From Lama guanicoe (lineage: Eukaryota), in the NCBI GenBank assembly GCA_013239625.1, contig MU053431.1:2444485-2508484 (forward strand): a stretch of DNA of 64,000 nucleotides, in the 5' to 3' direction. The position numbers and the translations under genes were made by a program. The notes under the pieces were generated by a model. It worked only from the letters and a program-made list of their open reading frames with translations. It searched no databases and was not told the origin of the DNA. Shown piece after piece: positions 60,255 through 64,000 of the stretch (positions are counted from its first letter, which is position 1; each line of letters opens with the position of its first letter).

Positions 60255-60400
60255 GGGGAGAGTACAGTTCAGTGGTGGAGGGCGTGCTTAGCGTGCACGA
60301 GGTCCTGGGTTCAATCCCAGCGGCTCCACTAAGCACATACATAAATACACTTAATTATCCCCCCCCAAAAAAGACCAACAAAAAGAAAACAAAACAAAAA
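60255..60400 (+). mobile_element. tRNA-derived SINE (Vic-1-like)
   Basis: GGGGAGAGTACAGTTCAGTGGTGGAGGGCGTGCTTAGCGTGCACGAGGTCCTGGGTTCAATCCCAGCGGCTCCA...TTAATTATCCCCCCCC + A-rich tail. Confidence 0.88.
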
Positions 60401-60704
60401 TGCAACAACAAAAAACACAGCGACAACTTCCTACACAAACAAAATCCGCAGAACAGAGCAGTAAAGGCCGAAAGCAGACGTTCACAGCCTCAGCCCCGCA
60501 AACTTCCAAACCCAACCAGCCCCAGAGGCAGGAGGCCGGCTCCCCTGCTGACCTGGCCCCTGCGGAGAGGGGGCCCACGACCAGCTCAGCCCCCAGGAGG
60601 GCTTCGGGTGCGGGGAAGGTGCCCCAGGAGACCGGAAGCGCCCCAGTCATTTCTGGAGCTGGGGCTCCCCCTGCAGTGCTCTCCCTGCCCCGCTCCTCAC
60701 GTCT

Positions 60705-61108
60705 CCCTCGTTCCCCAGGGTCTCCTGGGGCTGCTGAACACAGGGCCACAGTCTGGGGGCTGAAGAGCAGGGCATTTCTACCACCCCGTCTGGGGGCCGG
60801 GGCAGGGTGTCAGTGGGGTTCTCTGAAGGCTCCTGGGAGGATGTGTCCTGGGCCCGGATCAGCTTCGGCCAGTGGCCAGCAATCCTCGGTGTCCTTGGTG
60901 TGTAGAGCCGTCACCCCATCTCTGCCTCGGCTGTCACACAGCCACCACCATCTCCTCCTACTAGGACACCAGTGGTCAGGTTGGACAAGGTCCACCCTAT
61001 TCTAGTGTAACCTTATCTTAACTAATTACATCAAACTTGGTCACATTCTGAGGCACTGGGGGTTAGGGCTTCAATATACAAATTCTGGGGGAGACACTCA
61101 CCTGAGAA
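60705..61108 (-). mobile_element. MaLR LTR (MLT1A-like)
   Basis: ttatcttaactaattacatc...ggtcacattctgaggcactgggggttagggcttcaatatacaaattctggggga. Confidence 0.8.
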
Positions 61109-61296
61109 AGACAGTTGTTAGTCTGACTGTCCTGTTAAACAGACCATCTTCCAGTTGATCTGTCAGCGTTCACCCCAGACGCCAAAATGCATTCAATTCT
61201 GAGAAAACTAACCTGGTCCAGGGTGGGGTGTCCATCTGTCTTTCCCTCTGCGGGTGGGGTTGGGGGGGCCTCTTCATTTGTGCAACACCTTCCCTG

Positions 61297-61425
61297 ATTT
61301 TATTTATTTATTTATTTATTTATTTCTGGGCTGGGGGGATTGGGTTTGTTTGTTTATGTTTTAAGTGGCAGTGCTGGCGACCTCACGCACACCACGCGCA
61401 CTCCAGCACTGAACTATAACCCCCT
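61297..61425 (-). mobile_element. tRNA-derived SINE (Vic-1-like, B box deleted) with ~13-bp TSD
   Basis: Ends cactgaactataaccccc on +, (TTTA)n tail; flanks tgcaacaccttcc (61281-61293) and tgcaacaccctcc (61428-61440). Confidence 0.8.
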
Positions 61426-62320
61426 TCTGCAACACCCTCCTTTAGACTTTACAACACAGGTTCTCAAACGTCACCTGAGATCACCTGAAAACGCCCAGCG
61501 ACAGAAGCACTTACTCTGTCCACACTCCACGGGCTGGGAAAAAGAGGCAGGAGAGGGTGGAAGCCTCTCGTCCCCTCGTCTCCCCTGACGGCCCACCCGG
61601 CACCGTCCCTGCCATCCCCCCAGTCATCCCCCTTCCTGCGGCCACGGCCGAGAACAGAGACCCTGGCCCCAAGCAGCCACCAGACTCGAAACCCAAAGTA
61701 AACACGCTGCTTAGCTCGTGGGTCAGCCTTTCGGTCCCAGCAGTGCATCCTGACCCCAAGGACGGCCCCTGAGGAGGACAAATATGAAGAACGTTAAGAA
61801 CTGCGGCTGCAGGGCTTGGGGGCTGGAGGCTCGCACACACCCAGGGTCTGACTGTGGGTGCCTCCGGGCTCTGCCCCTCCCCTCCGGGCGTGGGAGGCGG
61901 GCAGGAGGACAGAAGCCCGTCTGGTGCAGTGTCACACCTAACGCCTGGCGTTGCAGACTCAGGTTCACTAGACACTACGGGAGGCACCAAAACAAGTGCC
62001 AAATTGCGGAAACCAACCATTTAAACTCAAGGAGTCTGTTTAATGCCCAGCATCCACAAGAAGCTCTCGGTCGTGTGTGTGCAGCCAAGTGTCAGAAGCC
62101 TCAGGCAGCCTGTATTCAAACTAGAAGACACATGCTTCACTATCTGACTTCCTATATGAGTAATAAGTGTCCTTACTCACCAGTGAAACAGACCCGCTAA
62201 GAGTTCGGAAGAATACCGAAAAGGGGAAAATGCAAGCTCCGTTTTGGAGAAGCAAGAACTGCCTCCCAAGGCTTGCATTTCTCAGATAATCTCCACCTGT
62301 ATGGAAAGTTCTAAAACGGT

Positions 62321-62450
62321 GGGGGGAGGGCACAGACGCAGTTCAGTGGCGGCACGTGCGCTTATCTTGGCCGCAGCCCTGTTTCAGTTACCCGCACCGC
62401 CATTAAATATAAATAAATAAGCACAATCACCTCCCTCTCCCCCCAAAAAT
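62321..62450 (+). mobile_element. Degenerate tRNA-derived SINE (Vic-1-like)
   Basis: ggggggaggg...gcagttcagtggc...cattaaatataaataaataagcacaatcacctccc...aaaaa. Confidence 0.65.
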
Positions 62451-63769
62451 GAACCAATGATAATCCAAGATTAGTGGAAATGTTAAAGTTACACATAATT
62501 CATCCAAGCCCAGGGAAGCCCTAGGAGAATAATAGTCCACAATCTCCCTGCATCAGTAAGAGGGTGAGAGGGTCGCGGGGTCCTGCCCGTCTGACCAGCG
62601 GGAGAGCGGCAGGCTGCCCAGTGCTTTTCGGCAGCTGAGCCTTTCGCATCTTAATGGCCTGACAAGGAAGACTAAAGCACGTGCACCACGGTTCTTCTTT
62701 GAGAAGATGGCAGAGCATCTGCCCTGCCCTGGTGGAGGTGCCGCCTGACGGAGACGCACCTGGCTGGGGGACCCACGCCTGGGCACCGTCATCTCTGAGC
62801 TGCCTGCACTGCCGTGCAGATCACAGGGCACCTTCATGCACTCACAAGTCCCGTGGACACCCCGTGGGTAAGGGACCCTCAGGGAGCAGCCTGCGATCCT
62901 GAAGAGACTCAGGTGCCACGTCGCCGTAAGGCGAGGAGCTGAGGCCGGGCCCCCTCAACCCTGGGGCACAAGGCGCACAGTTCTGCAGGGTCACCCGGGG
63001 GGAGGGCGGGCTCTGCTGTCCCCCTAAAGAAGCCACACTTAGAGCACGGAACTGCTTGGCAAACCTCCTCTCTGCGGGGTGGCGTGCCCCGAGGACCCCC
63101 CTCGTCCACCACCTCCCACCTGGATGGCAGACACTGAGCAGGCGGCCTGGCTGTGTCCTCAAAAGTTGAACAAACCCACATGACCCAACCATTCCAACGT
63201 GCCCTGCCTGGGAGGTGAAAACACGGGTCCACCTGAGGACTCACACGGTCACAGCAGCTTCAGTCACCACAGTCAAAATTTGGAAACGACCAAATGTGCG
63301 TCAGCAGGTGAGCAGACAAACAAAGGAGAATCATCCCAAAGGTGGGTCGGGCTCGCGGGGACCCGGTGCCTCCTCGCCCCCCTGCGCCGCGCTCTGCGGG
63401 CCTAAACATCCTTACCACGCAGACACGCAGACACGGGTGAGTCCCAAAATAACCCCTCGGCGGGAACGCAGAGACAAAGGGACAGGGTATGAGTCCCTCC
63501 TTATGAAACATTAGAAAATGCCAAGTGCTCAACAGGGACGGGGCAGAGGCAGGCCAGTGGGCGGCCTGGGGACAGCGAGGGGTGGGTCCCCAGGGCTCAG
63601 GGAGTCCCCGGGCAGGGACACGTTTCACAGGTGTGTGCAAACCCGTCGAATTACACCCTCCCAATGGGGGCGGCTGTTGTGGGTAAATCACATCCAATGA
63701 CGCGGGTCAGAACTTGAATTTGCAGGAATATTCTTGTTGACCATAGACCTGTGTGCGCTTGCTGCCATT

Positions 63770-64000
63770 TGCTGTGGATTGAACCTTGTCCCCAAAACTC
63801 ACTTGCTGGAGTCAGTCCCCAGGACTTCAGCATGTAACGTTATTTGGAAACCAGGTCCATACAGACGTCATTAGCTAAGATGAGGTCATTAGGGTGGGCC
63901 CTAATCCAAAGTGACTGGTGTCCTTCTAAGAAGGGGATACTGGGACACAAACACTTCGCAGGGGGGCGGCCGTGTGAAGACGGAGTGATGCAGCCACAGC
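63770..64000 (+). mobile_element. MaLR LTR (MLT1B-like), runs off the window
   Basis: tgctgtggattgaa...ttatttggaaaccaggtc...taagatgaggtcattagggtgggccctaatccaa.gtgactggtgtccttctaagaagg. Confidence 0.85.

Overview
Mammalian, very GC-rich, gene-dense region syntenic to human 20q13.33. Gene order: 3' end of RTEL1 (+), TNFRSF6B/DcR3 (+), ARFRP1 (-), ZGPAT (+), LIME1 (+), SLC2A4RG (+), and the coding exons of ZBTB46 (-), whose start codon falls in a 132-N assembly gap. ARFRP1, ZGPAT, LIME1, SLC2A4RG and ZBTB46 splice into intact ORFs with GT-AG introns. TNFRSF6B carries nonsense codons, frameshifts in all three exons, a damaged splice acceptor and an internal deletion, so it looks like a unitary pseudogene. 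The tRNA-derived SINEs resemble the camelid Vic-1 family, suggesting camel/alpaca/llama (inference). Other points of interest: the RTEL1 C4C4 (RING-like) tail can only be reached through a separate cassette exon here; two pairs of convergent genes have interleaved poly(A) signals; ZBTB46 introns contain a dense ETS/IRF/CRE/RUNX/Sp motif cluster, a tandem RFX X-box pair and a ~220-bp duplicated segment; old L1/MaLR repeats look GC-shifted. No prokaryote-type systems (CRISPR etc.) are present. Comparisons to human proteins and repeat families are from memory, not from a search.
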